A stretch of DNA of 64,000 bases from Bdellovibrionales bacterium (GCA_964230645.1 CAXRHT010000001.1:800001-864000), one strand, 5' to 3'. Positions 28,011 through 38,560 are shown, counted from the first letter of the stretch. Notes: generated by a model from the sequence alone, not told the origin. Numbers and translations are program-made.

Positions 28011-28172
28011 TGAAAATAGTTACCTCCTTGGCGGCAATAAAACTGAAGAAAGTCTCACTACCTAGATTTCACCTTTTATTATCCGTGCTGTCTAAAGGGG
28101 GAAAATGGCAGGGTTCATTCCCGGCGGACATGTCCCTTTATTACCACTTCAAAAAACCAAGGTGAACGTTCA

Positions 28173-28200
28173 CTTATAGAGGTTAAACGCTCAAAGTCAA
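28173..28200 (-). promoter_or_regulatory. Sigma-70-type promoter of rpsA
   Basis: TTGACT-N16-TATAAG on the minus strand, about 160 nt upstream of rpsA. Confidence 0.45.
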
Positions 28201-28217
28201 AGGATTTTCTGGATTTC

Positions 28218-28880
28218 CTAGCCCCTGGAGGAGACCTGAGAATTGTAGAATTTCACCACCTCTTCGACCACCTCATCAAGGCTTAAATAAGTGGAATCGA
28301 TATGAAGGGCGCCATCGGCTTTTTTTAAGGGAGCCACCTTGCGCCGACTGTCCTGCTCGTCCCGCTTTTTTTGCATCTCAAGAGTCTCCGTCTCGGAATG
28401 ACTATCCTCTTCTGAGCGTCTCTGTGCTCGAAGCGCTGGGCTTGCAGTCAGATAGATTTTTGCAGTGGCTCCCGGAAAAACCACGGTGCCGCAATCACGG
28501 CCCTCGGCCACAAGTCCCTGATTTTGCTGGTAACAGTTTCTTTGCCTTTCAAGGAGTGCCTCGCGAACCCTGGGGATCTGACTAATCTGACTGGCCATGG
28601 CCCCCACTTTTTCTCCGGAGATCTCGGCGGTGCGGTTGCTGCTTTCAAAAAACACCTCGGTGTCCTGAGGGTTCATTTTGACTTCCCACTCCGGAGATTT
28701 TGAGAGCTCAAGAAGACTTTGCTCATCCTCTGGAGCCACCGCTTTTTCCAAAGCCACAAGTGCAAGACCGCGATAAAAGGCTCCGGTAGACACCCATTTC
28801 CACCCCAACTTTTGAGCCACAAGACGGCTAACAGAAGACTTCCCAGAGGCTGATGGCCCATCGATCGTAATTAGCTTCAT
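28218..28880 (-). CDS. cmk: Cytidylate kinase
   Basis: ITIDGPSASGKS, TGAFYR, EGRDCGTVVFP; directly upstream of rpsA. Confidence 0.96.
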   Translation of the reverse strand: MKLITIDGPSASGKSSVSRLVAQKLGWKWVSTGAFYRGLALVALEKAVAPEDEQSLLELSKSPEWEVKMNPQDTEVFFESSNRTAEISGEKVGAMASQISQIPRVREALLERQRNCYQQNQGLVAEGRDCGTVVFPGATAKIYLTASPALRAQRRSEEDSHSETETLEMQKKRDEQDSRRKVAPLKKADGALHIDSTYLSLDEVVEEVVKFYNSQVSSRG

Positions 28881-29995
28881 AATGGCGCCACCTCATCAAA
28901 ACTTTTCTTAAGAATTTCGATGGCTTTTTTATTCTCTTCTTCCGTTCCCACACTCAATCGAATATGGCGAGGCAACCCGTAACCGGCCAGCGGGCGCACA
29001 AGAAGGCCCTTTTTCATATTGTGATTAAAAAAGTTTTGGCCGTCTCGAAGGCTATCAAAAAGAAGAAAGTTGGCCTGTGAGCGTATAAAAGGAATTTTTT
29101 CCTGCTCAAAGAAAGCGTAAAAACTATCAAGACCTTTCCAGACCACCTCTTGAGACCGCGTCAGATAGTCACTGTCACCAAAGGCAGCGATGGCGGCCTC
29201 TTGCGCGAGAGTGTTGACATTAAATGGGTTTCTCACTCGGTTCACCCACTGCAGGTGCTTTTGACTCCCCACTAGGGCTCCCACGCGAAGCCCTGCTAAA
29301 CCATAGACTTTACTAAAGGTCCGCATGACCAAAACATTTTCATATTTTTTAAAGTAATCAAGGCTTTCTACATAGTCATCGGCGCGAACAAATTCGTTGT
29401 AGGCTTCATCAAGAACAATCAAAAGGTCTTTGCGGCCACCCAAGCTTTCAAGAATTTTATCAATTTTTTCTTTTCCGAGATAGGTTCCCGTTGGATTATT
29501 GGGATTGGCAAGAAACAGTATTTTTTCACGGGAAGAATGATTTTTCTCAAAGTCCTCTAGGAAGGCATCAGCATCCCACTCAAAGTCGCGATTAATGGGA
29601 ATCACTTTTTTTCCAACTCTTGCGGCCTGAGCACAAATTCCGTAAGCAATGAATGATTTATCAGGAAAGATGATTTTATCCCCTGGCTCACAAAAGGTGC
29701 GGATCAAAAGATCGATGAGTTCATTGGAACCGTTTCCAATAACAATATCATCACTGCGCACCTGCCACTTTTGAGAAAGAGCCTCTCTTAAACGAAAGCA
29801 AGATGGGTCTGGATAACGCGAGAGATTCTCAGCGTGATTTTTAATCGCTTCAACCGCTTTGGGGCTTGGACCCAAAGGGTTTTCGTTACTGGCTAATTTA
29901 ATGACCTCAGATAAACCTAACTCTCTTTTTGTCTCTTCAATCGGTTTTCCAGGCTTGTAAGGTACGAGGGATTCAATCTCTGGTGACACTTGCAT
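28877..29995 (-). CDS. hisC: Histidinol-phosphate aminotransferase
   Basis: KLASNENPLG, NPNNPTG, DEAY, RTFSKVYGLAGLRVG. Confidence 0.93.
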   Translation of the reverse strand: MQVSPEIESLVPYKPGKPIEETKRELGLSEVIKLASNENPLGPSPKAVEAIKNHAENLSRYPDPSCFRLREALSQKWQVRSDDIVIGNGSNELIDLLIRTFCEPGDKIIFPDKSFIAYGICAQAARVGKKVIPINRDFEWDADAFLEDFEKNHSSREKILFLANPNNPTGTYLGKEKIDKILESLGGRKDLLIVLDEAYNEFVRADDYVESLDYFKKYENVLVMRTFSKVYGLAGLRVGALVGSQKHLQWVNRVRNPFNVNTLAQEAAIAAFGDSDYLTRSQEVVWKGLDSFYAFFEQEKIPFIRSQANFLLFDSLRDGQNFFNHNMKKGLLVRPLAGYGLPRHIRLSVGTEEENKKAIEILKKSFDEVAPL

Positions 29996-29998
29996 ACA

Positions 29999-31213
29999 TT
30001 ACCTCTCGAGCATTCTTATATTGCGCTTTCTAATTCTTTCCTTAATTTGGTCAATGTGGTCAAAGCTCATTACTTCCAGTAAAAAATCAATGCGAGTTTG
30101 ACGAAGAGAGAGTTCAGGACTCACTCGGTCGTGCAGAACTTCAAGCACATTGGCTCTCATATCGGCGAAGTCATTGGTCAGAGCGGCTAGCTCTCCTGGG
30201 CGATCACCAACGATCACTGATATACGGGCCAATCTTCCCGCTTTTCTAAGACCGGTATCGATCACAGTGCTCATGGTATTGAGGTCAATATTGCCGCCAC
30301 AAAACACAATACAGCTAGGCTCTGCTAACTTCAGTTTATCATTTAGAACGGCCGCTAAGCCGGCGGCTCCAGACCCCTCAAGGATGGTTTTCTCTACTTC
30401 CATCCCATACACGATAGCTTGTGAGATTTCCTCATCGTTCACTGATACGATTTCATCGACATATTTCGAAATGTAATTTTCATACATCGCAGGACTTGGG
30501 TTTTTTACAGCAATCCCATCAGCAATTGTTGAAATAAAGGCCGGATTATTTTGTGGCTTGCCTTGCTTCATCTGCATCATTCCAGGAGCCTGATCAGAAA
30601 CCACGCCGTAAACTTTGCAATCAGGCTTTAAACTTTTAATCACAAAAGCAATTCCGCTTATAAGGCCCCCACCACCAATGGGGACGATGACCGACTTTAT
30701 GTCGGGTAAAGAATCTAATATCTCAGCCCCAATCGTCCCTTGCCCAGCAATAACTGACTTATCCTGATAAGGGTGAACAAAAACACGTCCTTCTTCTTCT
30801 GCAAGCTCTTGAGCTTTTTTAAAGGCTTCATCAAAATAGGAACCATGAAGAACCACTTCAGCGCCATATCCACGAGTAGCCTCAACTTTGATTAGAGGAG
30901 CCCCTTGAGGCATGACGATTTTACTACTGACATTAAACATGGTGGCACTCATCGCCACACCTTGCGCGTGATTTCCAGCCGAAGCGGCAATCACGCCTCT
31001 ATTTCTTTCTGCTTCAGTGAGATTGGAAATTTTATTTAAAGAACCCCGAATCTTAAAGCTGCCGGTGGTTTGCAGATTCTCCATTTTAATGTGAACGTTT
31101 TTTTCTCGAAGCTTTTTACCAAGAGCCAAATTCACAGGGGTTCTTCTCGCCACCTTCGCAATGTTTTTCTGGGCCTGCCAAACTTGCTCTAAATCAATTT
31201 GTAAATCGTTCAT
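29999..31213 (-). CDS. ilvA: Threonine ammonia-lyase with C-terminal ACT domain
   Basis: KMENLQTTGSFKIRG, ASAGNHAQG, GGGGL; DRPGEL ACT domain. Confidence 0.92.
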   Translation of the reverse strand: MNDLQIDLEQVWQAQKNIAKVARRTPVNLALGKKLREKNVHIKMENLQTTGSFKIRGSLNKISNLTEAERNRGVIAASAGNHAQGVAMSATMFNVSSKIVMPQGAPLIKVEATRGYGAEVVLHGSYFDEAFKKAQELAEEEGRVFVHPYQDKSVIAGQGTIGAEILDSLPDIKSVIVPIGGGGLISGIAFVIKSLKPDCKVYGVVSDQAPGMMQMKQGKPQNNPAFISTIADGIAVKNPSPAMYENYISKYVDEIVSVNDEEISQAIVYGMEVEKTILEGSGAAGLAAVLNDKLKLAEPSCIVFCGGNIDLNTMSTVIDTGLRKAGRLARISVIVGDRPGELAALTNDFADMRANVLEVLHDRVSPELSLRQTRIDFLLEVMSFDHIDQIKERIRKRNIRMLER

Positions 31214-32844
31214 AGAGGTGATCCTCCCCGCTTTTTAAAGCTCTTTAAACCAAAAAAGAGGAGAACAATCAAAAACAAAGCCACTGGAAACGAAATTCCA
31301 ATGGAAAATCCCATGGTTGCTGGCCAGTAGCCGACACAAAGGGCTAGAACTCCCACGATCAGGGAATAGGGTAGCTGGGTTTTAACATGGTTCAGCAAAT
31401 TACAATCCGTTGAGATGGAACTCATTATAGTTGTGTCAGAGATGGGTGAGCAGTGATCTCCCATAATCGCGCCATCTAAAATCGCGGCAAGGCTGAGGGA
31501 AACGAAAATTCCGTACTCGCCGCCGGCTAACTCCACTGCCAAAGGGGTCACTGTTGGAATGAGAATGGCCATTGTGCCCCAGCTTGTTCCCGTAGAAAAA
31601 GCGGTGAGCGCGGAAACAATAAATACCAAAATGGGGAGGTAGGTCTTCGGTATGGTCTCCCCCAGAAGCGAAACTATATATTCTCCCGCCTTTAGGTCAT
31701 CACACACCTCTTTGAGCGACCAAGCCAGAACCAAAATCACAATGGGAATCCAGGCACTTTTTATCCCAGCCACCACAGTTTCCTTGTACTCGCGCCACTT
31801 CAAGTGGGTGGAAACAAAGCCAGAGATTACTGCCATAAGGTAACAAACCATAGAAGAAACAAACAAAATAGAGATACCATTCTGAGAGGCCGTTAAAACT
31901 TTTCTCCAACTTTTCAAACTAAAAGGAGAATTCTCTGGAGACCATCCTCCTCCATCCCACCATAACGCCGCAAAAACTAAAATAAGAAGACTAATTAAGG
32001 GAAGAAGAGCATTGAGAACATGTCCTTTAACCTCTTCTACTTCTTCCTCGGTTTTAACAGGACTTTTTTCAAAACTTTTCATTGGGCCAAAATCGAAGCC
32101 AAACAAGATATTAACAAAAACAAAGGCCAGCATAAAAAAACAATAGAATCGAAATTCAATGGCGTTTAAAAAAATAGCGTAACCATCAAGGGTCCAATCG
32201 AACTTTTTCGCCATCTCTGAAAACAAGCCCACCTCGTAGCCAATCCAGGTACTGACAAGAGCAATTCCAGCAATAGGTGCACTGGTGGCATCCACTAAAA
32301 AGGCCAACTTCTCTCGACTGATATTGTAGCGATCTGTGACCTTTTTCATGGCCGAGCCGACAATCATGGTGTTGGCGTAATCATCGATAAAAATAAAACA
32401 ACCAAGAAGGGCTGTCACAAATTGAGCGGAGCGCGGACCGACGATCCAGCGCTGAAGCTTAAAAACCATGGCGTGAAGACCACCGGACATTGTCATCACA
32501 TGCACCATTGAAAGAATAAAAAAGACAAAGCCTAGTATTTGTAGGTTTGTGGTATCAGCCAAAGCTGAATAAAAATACTGTCCTGATTGGACACCCGCTC
32601 CCAATAAAGATGGCAAAACCTCTTGAGACCGACCATAGCTGGAAATAAAACTTCCGACCAATATAGCGGAAAGAAGACTCACATGCAGGCTTCCAGTAAT
32701 AAAAGAGATGAAAATGGCAATGGCTGGTGGCAAAAGGCTCCAAGCCGTACTAACACCAGAAGCCTTAAGGAAAAAACAACCGGCTAAAAAAGACAGGAAG
32801 ACAAGAAAATAACCCTTGCGGGATTTTTTTCTCTGGTCCTCCAT
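31210..32844 (-). CDS. NhaC-family Na+/H+ antiporter or amino-acid transporter
   Basis: FIDDYAN, SREKLAF.VDATSAP, AFSTGTSWGT, GDHCSPISDTT. Confidence 0.9.
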   Translation of the reverse strand: MEDQRKKSRKGYFLVFLSFLAGCFFLKASGVSTAWSLLPPAIAIFISFITGSLHVSLLSAILVGSFISSYGRSQEVLPSLLGAGVQSGQYFYSALADTTNLQILGFVFFILSMVHVMTMSGGLHAMVFKLQRWIVGPRSAQFVTALLGCFIFIDDYANTMIVGSAMKKVTDRYNISREKLAFLVDATSAPIAGIALVSTWIGYEVGLFSEMAKKFDWTLDGYAIFLNAIEFRFYCFFMLAFVFVNILFGFDFGPMKSFEKSPVKTEEEVEEVKGHVLNALLPLISLLILVFAALWWDGGGWSPENSPFSLKSWRKVLTASQNGISILFVSSMVCYLMAVISGFVSTHLKWREYKETVVAGIKSAWIPIVILVLAWSLKEVCDDLKAGEYIVSLLGETIPKTYLPILVFIVSALTAFSTGTSWGTMAILIPTVTPLAVELAGGEYGIFVSLSLAAILDGAIMGDHCSPISDTTIMSSISTDCNLLNHVKTQLPYSLIVGVLALCVGYWPATMGFSIGISFPVALFLIVLLFFGLKSFKKRGGSPL

Positions 32845-32847
32845 CTC

Positions 32848-33588
32848 CTACCTAATGGCCTTGATGATAGCGCTGAAGCTATCCACTTTTAACGAGGCCC
32901 CACCAACAAGAAAGCCACCCACTTCGTCAGCTTCAGAGAGTTCGCCAGCGTTTTCAGGCTTAACCGAACCACCGTAGAGAATTTTGATGTTTGCTTGAGT
33001 CTCTGGAAATTTTTCTTTCAAAAATTTGCGAATAAACTGATGAGCTTCACTCACCTGCTCGGTCGTTGCAACTTCACCAGTACCAATAGCCCAGACCGGT
33101 TCGTAAGCGATATGAAGTCCTTTGTTGGGCTTGTAATTGGAAAGAGCTGAAACCAATTGACGATTGAGAACATCAAGAGTGGAACCCTCATTTCTTTCTT
33201 CTAAGCTCTCCCCCACACAAAGCACGGGGATCAAACCAAACTCATTGGCACTATGCAGTTTCACATTGGTCTGCTCGTCACTTTCAAAAAAGAGCTTTCT
33301 TCTCTCACTGTGACCGATCAGAACATACTGCGCTCCAAGGTCGGCCATGACTTTCGGGGAGGTTTCCCCTGTAAAGGCGCCCGATGCGGCTGGGAAAATG
33401 TTCTGAGGCCCCCAGCCATAAGCGGAGTCTTTCAAAGACTCGCTGGCGGAAACAGCGTTAACAGCAGAAACAAAAAAGAAACACTGAACATTTTCTGGAG
33501 CCGAAAACTTATTAAATTCCTCAAAAAACTCTTTTGTCTCCTGAGGGTTTTTATTCATTTTCCAATTTCCTGAAACAATAAAACTCAT
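32848..33588 (-). CDS. tpiA: Triosephosphate isomerase
   Basis: GNWKMN, GHSERR, AYEPVWAIGTG, VGGASL. Confidence 0.98.
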   Translation of the reverse strand: MSFIVSGNWKMNKNPQETKEFFEEFNKFSAPENVQCFFFVSAVNAVSASESLKDSAYGWGPQNIFPAASGAFTGETSPKVMADLGAQYVLIGHSERRKLFFESDEQTNVKLHSANEFGLIPVLCVGESLEERNEGSTLDVLNRQLVSALSNYKPNKGLHIAYEPVWAIGTGEVATTEQVSEAHQFIRKFLKEKFPETQANIKILYGGSVKPENAGELSEADEVGGFLVGGASLKVDSFSAIIKAIR

Positions 33589-34784
33589 TCGGGCTTCCTT
33601 ACTTTGACTGATTCTAATCCTGGCAATGTTTTTCCTTGAATGTACTCAAGGCTGGCACCACCACCGGTTGAGATATGATCCATTTTATCGGCATAACCAG
33701 AATCAATGGCTGCCGCGGCCGAGTCCCCTCCACCAATAACAGTGAAGGCTGAGGTTTCACTCAGCGCCTTTGCCATGGCAATTGAGCCTTCATCAAAAGG
33801 TTTTTGCTCATAGACCCCCATGGGTCCATTCCAAAAAACAGAACCGGCCTTTTGCAAAGCTTCCGCATAAAGCTCTCTTGTCTCAGGGCCTATGTCTACA
33901 GCTAACTTTCCTTCAGGGATTGCACTGGTTCCGACAGTTTCAAAATCTGAGTCACCAAACGAGTTCACTACAATATGATCCACTGGAAGTAGGACTCTTT
34001 TATCAGCCCCTCGCATGCGAGCAAGGAAACTTTTCGCAACACCAAGAGCCTCCTTCTCCACTCGGGATTTACCCACAGGCACACCATCGGCTTTCATAAA
34101 AGTGTAAGCCATAGCTCCGCCAATGATGACCGTATCCACTTTGTCAGCAAAAGACTCTAATAGAGGAATTTTATCACTCACCTTGCTACCACCTGTAAGA
34201 ATGGTGAAAGGTTTAGCGGGCTGATTGCGAATTTTATCGAGAGCTTCTCTTTCTTTTTCGACAAGAAAACCAAGGGCTCTTTGTGGAATCATTTTTGGTA
34301 GCGCGTCTGTACTGGCATGAGCTCTATGACTGGCCCCAAAAGCATCGTTAATATAAATATCCGTGTACCGCGCCCATTTTGCGGCAAGCTCTGTGGAGTT
34401 TTTCGTTTCCCCCTCAGCAAAGCGCAAATTTTCAAGCATGATGATTTGTTTACCACTGAGACCTTTAGTGAGTTCGTAGGGGGCTTCGGAATCGGGTGTC
34501 TCCATTAATAGAACTTCAAAGCCGCTTTCATTAAAAAATTCAGCCACTGGTTCGAGGGAGAGCTTCTTTTTATCTTCTTCTGTTTTAGGACGTCCCAAAT
34601 GACTAGTGACAATCACCTTTGCACCACTCTCCACTAAAAAGTTGAGAGTGGGAAGGGCGGCTTTGATTCGGTTGTCGTCCAGAATTTTTCCATCTTTTAA
34701 TGGCACATTAAGATCAAGACGCAAGAAAACACGCTTCCCCTTAAAGTCCATTTCATTAATATCAAGGTAACCTACTACTGCCAT
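33585..34784 (-). CDS. pgk: Phosphoglycerate kinase
   Basis: DLNVP, SHLGRP, LENLRF, WNGPMG, STGGGASLE. Confidence 0.98.
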   Translation of the reverse strand: MAVVGYLDINEMDFKGKRVFLRLDLNVPLKDGKILDDNRIKAALPTLNFLVESGAKVIVTSHLGRPKTEEDKKKLSLEPVAEFFNESGFEVLLMETPDSEAPYELTKGLSGKQIIMLENLRFAEGETKNSTELAAKWARYTDIYINDAFGASHRAHASTDALPKMIPQRALGFLVEKEREALDKIRNQPAKPFTILTGGSKVSDKIPLLESFADKVDTVIIGGAMAYTFMKADGVPVGKSRVEKEALGVAKSFLARMRGADKRVLLPVDHIVVNSFGDSDFETVGTSAIPEGKLAVDIGPETRELYAEALQKAGSVFWNGPMGVYEQKPFDEGSIAMAKALSETSAFTVIGGGDSAAAAIDSGYADKMDHISTGGGASLEYIQGKTLPGLESVKVRKPE

Positions 34785-35797
34785 TACAGACCTTTACTGG
34801 CCATGAATTGAGCGAGGTCAAGCATACGACAAGAAAAGCCCACTTCATTATCGTACCAAGAGAGGACTTTAACCATCTTGTCACCAACCACAGCTGTGTT
34901 CTCAAGATCGATCAATGAACTCTCACGCAATCCCATCATATCGACACTGACAACAGGATCATTGGTCACAGCCAAGACTCCTTTAAGAGATCCTTCCGAA
35001 GCTTTTGTTAAGGCTTGATTCACATCTTCAGCAGTTACTTTTTTACCAAGGTTAGCCACTAAGTCGACAAGGCTTACATTCGGAGTAGGGACACGCACGG
35101 CCATTCCATGAATTTTTCCTGATAACTCGGGAAGAACCATTCCAACGGCAGCGGCCGCTCCAGTAGAAGTAGGAATCATGGAAACAGCAGCAGCGCGAGC
35201 TCGCCTTAAATCTTTGTGGCTTGAGTCTAATACATTTTGATCGTTGGTGTAGGAGTGAACCGTCGTCATCAAAGCTGACTCAATACCAAACTCGTCATTT
35301 AAAACTTTAGCAACCGGAGCCAAACAGTTCGTTGTACAAGAAGCGTTACTTACGACCTCATGTTTTGATGGGTCGTAGTCTTCATGATTAATACCGTAAA
35401 CAAAAGTCGCATCCACTTTAGCTGGTGCAGAAACGATCACTCTTTTTGCTCCCGCTTTTAAGTGAGCTTTGTTGGCCTCTTTATCTTTAAAAACACCTGT
35501 ACACTCGAAAACAATATCAGCGCCCCAATCTTTCCAGGAGATTTTTGAGGGATCTTTTTCAAAGGACATGGGAATCTTTTTGCCATCGACAATAAGGTTT
35601 TCCCCATCGTGATCCACCTTGTGAGCAAAGCGCCCATGGGCACTGTCATATTTCAGAAAGTGAGCCTGTGATTCAACTGTCCCTCGTCCATTATTGATTC
35701 CTACAAACTCAAACTGATCACTAGCAAAACCGGACCGGAAAAGAATTCGACCGATTCGGCCAAAGCCATTGATTCCCACGCGCAGCTTCTGGGACAT
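34784..35797 (-). CDS. gap: Glyceraldehyde-3-phosphate dehydrogenase, type I
   Basis: GINGFGRIGR, SNASCTTNCLAP, WYDNE. Confidence 0.98.
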   Translation of the reverse strand: MSQKLRVGINGFGRIGRILFRSGFASDQFEFVGINNGRGTVESQAHFLKYDSAHGRFAHKVDHDGENLIVDGKKIPMSFEKDPSKISWKDWGADIVFECTGVFKDKEANKAHLKAGAKRVIVSAPAKVDATFVYGINHEDYDPSKHEVVSNASCTTNCLAPVAKVLNDEFGIESALMTTVHSYTNDQNVLDSSHKDLRRARAAAVSMIPTSTGAAAAVGMVLPELSGKIHGMAVRVPTPNVSLVDLVANLGKKVTAEDVNQALTKASEGSLKGVLAVTNDPVVSVDMMGLRESSLIDLENTAVVGDKMVKVLSWYDNEVGFSCRMLDLAQFMASKGL

Positions 35798-35941
35798 ACT
35801 TCCTCCTTCAATATGAAAATCAGGCCAGTCTTATCGACTGCCTCGCTGAGTGTCAATTGAATACCGTCTTGTCGCCCCTATCGTCGCACTACCAAGTCTG
35901 AGCTAGGCTTTCCACTCACGGCTGTTTGCGTACCTCAGGAT

Positions 35942-36754
35942 TTAGTTGAGCTTTGAAAACAGAGACTCTGCATTGCTCTTCATTTGTGCACAAAAATCAG
36001 CCAGCTCTACTGATTTAAGATCGGCGACAAATTGGGCGGTCCACAACATGAACTCGGGCCTGTTTTTCTTGCCTCGCATGGGAACGGGAGCCAAAAAAGG
36101 AGCGTCGGTTTCTACATGCATGCGATCAAGAGGAGTGTTCAAACAGACATCTCTCAAGTCCCCTGCGGACTTGAAGGTCACAATTCCTGAAAATGAAATA
36201 TTGTAACCACAATCTAGGGCTGCAGTGGCCAATTTCTGTGTGCCAGTAAAACAGTGGATCACACCTCGCACTCGGCCTTTAAATTTATTTAAGATTTCAA
36301 TGGTGTCCTCTTCCGCATCGCGAGTATGGATTTCTACGGGAAGTGAGAACTTTTCAGCTAACTCCATTTGACGCTCAAAGGCTTCAATCTGCTCTTCTCT
36401 AGGAGAATTATCGTAGTAGTAATCAAGACCAATCTCGCCAACTGCCACCACACGGGGATGCACGAGATTTTTTAACAGATAGGCTTCCACCTTGTCGTCG
36501 TAAACCTTACCCTCGTGCGGATGAATTCCTAGGGTACAAAAAACCTGGGGATTGAATTTTTCCGCAAGCTCCAACACCACCGGCAGATCATCAGGTTCTG
36601 TGCCGATCGTTATAAAACGATTCACTCCAAGATTGGAAGCTTCCTTAACCGCTTCCTCTGGGCTCACCTCAAGGAAGTTAAGATGAGTGTGAATATCGGT
36701 CCATCCCAAATTTTTAATTTCGTCTGATTCGAATTTACTGGACAGCTCTTTCAT
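35942..36754 (-). CDS. tatD: TatD family nuclease
   Basis: DIHTHL, GIHPH, GEIGLDY, HTRDA, HCFTG, ETDAPFL. Confidence 0.95.
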   Translation of the reverse strand: MKELSSKFESDEIKNLGWTDIHTHLNFLEVSPEEAVKEASNLGVNRFITIGTEPDDLPVVLELAEKFNPQVFCTLGIHPHEGKVYDDKVEAYLLKNLVHPRVVAVGEIGLDYYYDNSPREEQIEAFERQMELAEKFSLPVEIHTRDAEEDTIEILNKFKGRVRGVIHCFTGTQKLATAALDCGYNISFSGIVTFKSAGDLRDVCLNTPLDRMHVETDAPFLAPVPMRGKKNRPEFMLWTAQFVADLKSVELADFCAQMKSNAESLFSKLN

Positions 36755-37667
36755 TCAATCCTCTTCTTAGTTTGTACTGAAAATTTTCAATCGAGAGGAG
36801 TTTGTCGACATTAGCCTCCATCTCCCCTTTTAACATCTCTAGTTCCTCATAGAAAAACGTGATGGCCTGAGGTTCCTCGGGCATCCAATCCAGTTGAGCG
36901 GGCTCCTTGTAGAGTCTTTTTGAAAGGGCTTGTTTCCAGATGTTTAAACAAAACTCCCTTTTGTCTCGATCGTTGAAAAACCACGGGGCTAACTTTTTCC
37001 AGTCCCCTCCCTGCTCGTAGAGAAGATCATAGAGAAACTTGAGGCTAGCGTTAAGGTGATTGACGTTTTCCTCCTCTTTCAAATCAAGGGCCATCTCAAG
37101 ACGCCCATCTGACCACAAAAGAGGAAGCTTTCCGAACTCGTCGTAAGACTTTAAGTCTTCTTCACTGAGTTTATTAAAATGAAAAATATGAGACCGAGAA
37201 CGAATGGTTGGAAGCAGTCTTCTCAACTGGTCCGTGATTAAAATAAAATAGGTGTTAGGAGGAGGCTCTTCGAGAACTTTAAGTAGTGCGTTCGATGCCC
37301 CTGGCGACATTTGGTCGGCCGGATCGATGATTACAAAACGACCCTTATGCAAAGATTTTAATGAGAACGAGGCTTGCATTTCTCTGACCTGATCCACGCT
37401 GATCATGGTTTTTTTTTCAAGTTCCACATGATAGACGAGCTCGTTTTTCTCTTCGAAAATACGTTGGCAATTGGAGCACTCGCCACAAGCCTTATCAGAT
37501 TTTGTACAGTTGATGACCTGTAAGAGTGCATGGGCCAATGTTTTCTTGCCCACCCCGGCTGGTCCTTGGAAAATCATGGCCGAGGGAAGCTGCTCGGATT
37601 TTAGCAACTCGAAAAGAGTTTTCTTCTGATTGTCGTGTCCAACGATTTGATCAATCAATCCAGCCAT
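36735..37667 (-). CDS. holB: DNA polymerase III subunit delta'
   Basis: GPAGVGK, C..C..C Zn motif, NALLKVLEEPP, LPTIRSR; tmk-holB-tatD synteny. Confidence 0.92.
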   Translation of the reverse strand: MAGLIDQIVGHDNQKKTLFELLKSEQLPSAMIFQGPAGVGKKTLAHALLQVINCTKSDKACGECSNCQRIFEEKNELVYHVELEKKTMISVDQVREMQASFSLKSLHKGRFVIIDPADQMSPGASNALLKVLEEPPPNTYFILITDQLRRLLPTIRSRSHIFHFNKLSEEDLKSYDEFGKLPLLWSDGRLEMALDLKEEENVNHLNASLKFLYDLLYEQGGDWKKLAPWFFNDRDKREFCLNIWKQALSKRLYKEPAQLDWMPEEPQAITFFYEELEMLKGEMEANVDKLLSIENFQYKLRRGLNERAVQ

Positions 37668-38290
37668 TGTCTTCTCTTAAACTCCTCTAAGGTTTGCTCA
37701 TGCAGTGATTCAGGCGTGTCCGTGCCATCAAGCACCAACCAACGCTGCGGGTTTTTCTTGGCCTGATAAAGATAGCCCTCTCGCACTTTTTGCTGGAACT
37801 GCTGATTTTCTTTTTCCATACGATCTTGATCCACACCGGTTTCCTGGGATCTTTTGCCTTTTCTTTTTTGACTCTCGTCCACACTGATATCAAGGAAAAC
37901 AAAAAGATCAGGTTCGCAGTCATGGGCCACAAATCGGTTGAGATTTTCCACATCTTCTAACTTCAAAGAACGTGCGAAAGCTTGAAAGGCCACTGTACTT
38001 GAGTAAAACCGATCACATAAAATCCATTGATTGTCTTTGAGAGCTGGCTGAATTCTTTTTTCCACCATTTGCACGCGCGCGGCCTGGTAGAGCAAAATCT
38101 CAGCTCTTGGAACAGGGGCTTCTATGTCCGTGGCAAGGATCAAGTCTCTTAATTTTTCTCCAAGCTCGGTGGCCCCTGGGTCCCTTAACAAAAGTGATTT
38201 CAGGCTCTTGGAATCAAGGGAGGACTTTACTTTTTCTATCAGAGTGGATTTACCGCTGGCATCGAGGCCTTCAAAAACAACAAAAGACAT
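37655..38290 (-). CDS. tmk: Thymidylate kinase
   Basis: FEGLDASGKST, CDRFYSST.AFQ, DRMEKE. Confidence 0.96.
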   Translation of the reverse strand: MSFVVFEGLDASGKSTLIEKVKSSLDSKSLKSLLLRDPGATELGEKLRDLILATDIEAPVPRAEILLYQAARVQMVEKRIQPALKDNQWILCDRFYSSTVAFQAFARSLKLEDVENLNRFVAHDCEPDLFVFLDISVDESQKRKGKRSQETGVDQDRMEKENQQFQQKVREGYLYQAKKNPQRWLVLDGTDTPESLHEQTLEEFKRRQWLD

Positions 38291-38403
38291 GCTTTAGGTT
38301 TTGCGCTCCTTGCTCGAAGAGTCACGGAAAAACCCGGCCTTAAACAAAGCGTTAGCCGCAATTGGGCGGCCTGGTGGCTCAGGTCTTCGAACGAAGCTCG
38401 GGG

Positions 38404-38560
38404 CGCCTTCTCGTATTGGAAATGCGAAAGCTCAGAGAGCGTCTCCGACGAGGCCCAGCTCCTGCTTAGCTGGCATCGCCCTTTGGGCGAGCGCGTCCCG
38501 CTTGCCAGAGCCTCGCCGGAGACGCTCTCTGAGCTTTCGCATTTCCAACACGAGAAGGCG
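38404..38560 (-). repeat. Long palindromic element, copy C (51-bp arms around a 55-nt core)
   Basis: Arms 38404-38454 and 38510-38560 complementary at 49/51; both mismatches become G-T pairs on the minus strand. Confidence 0.9.
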
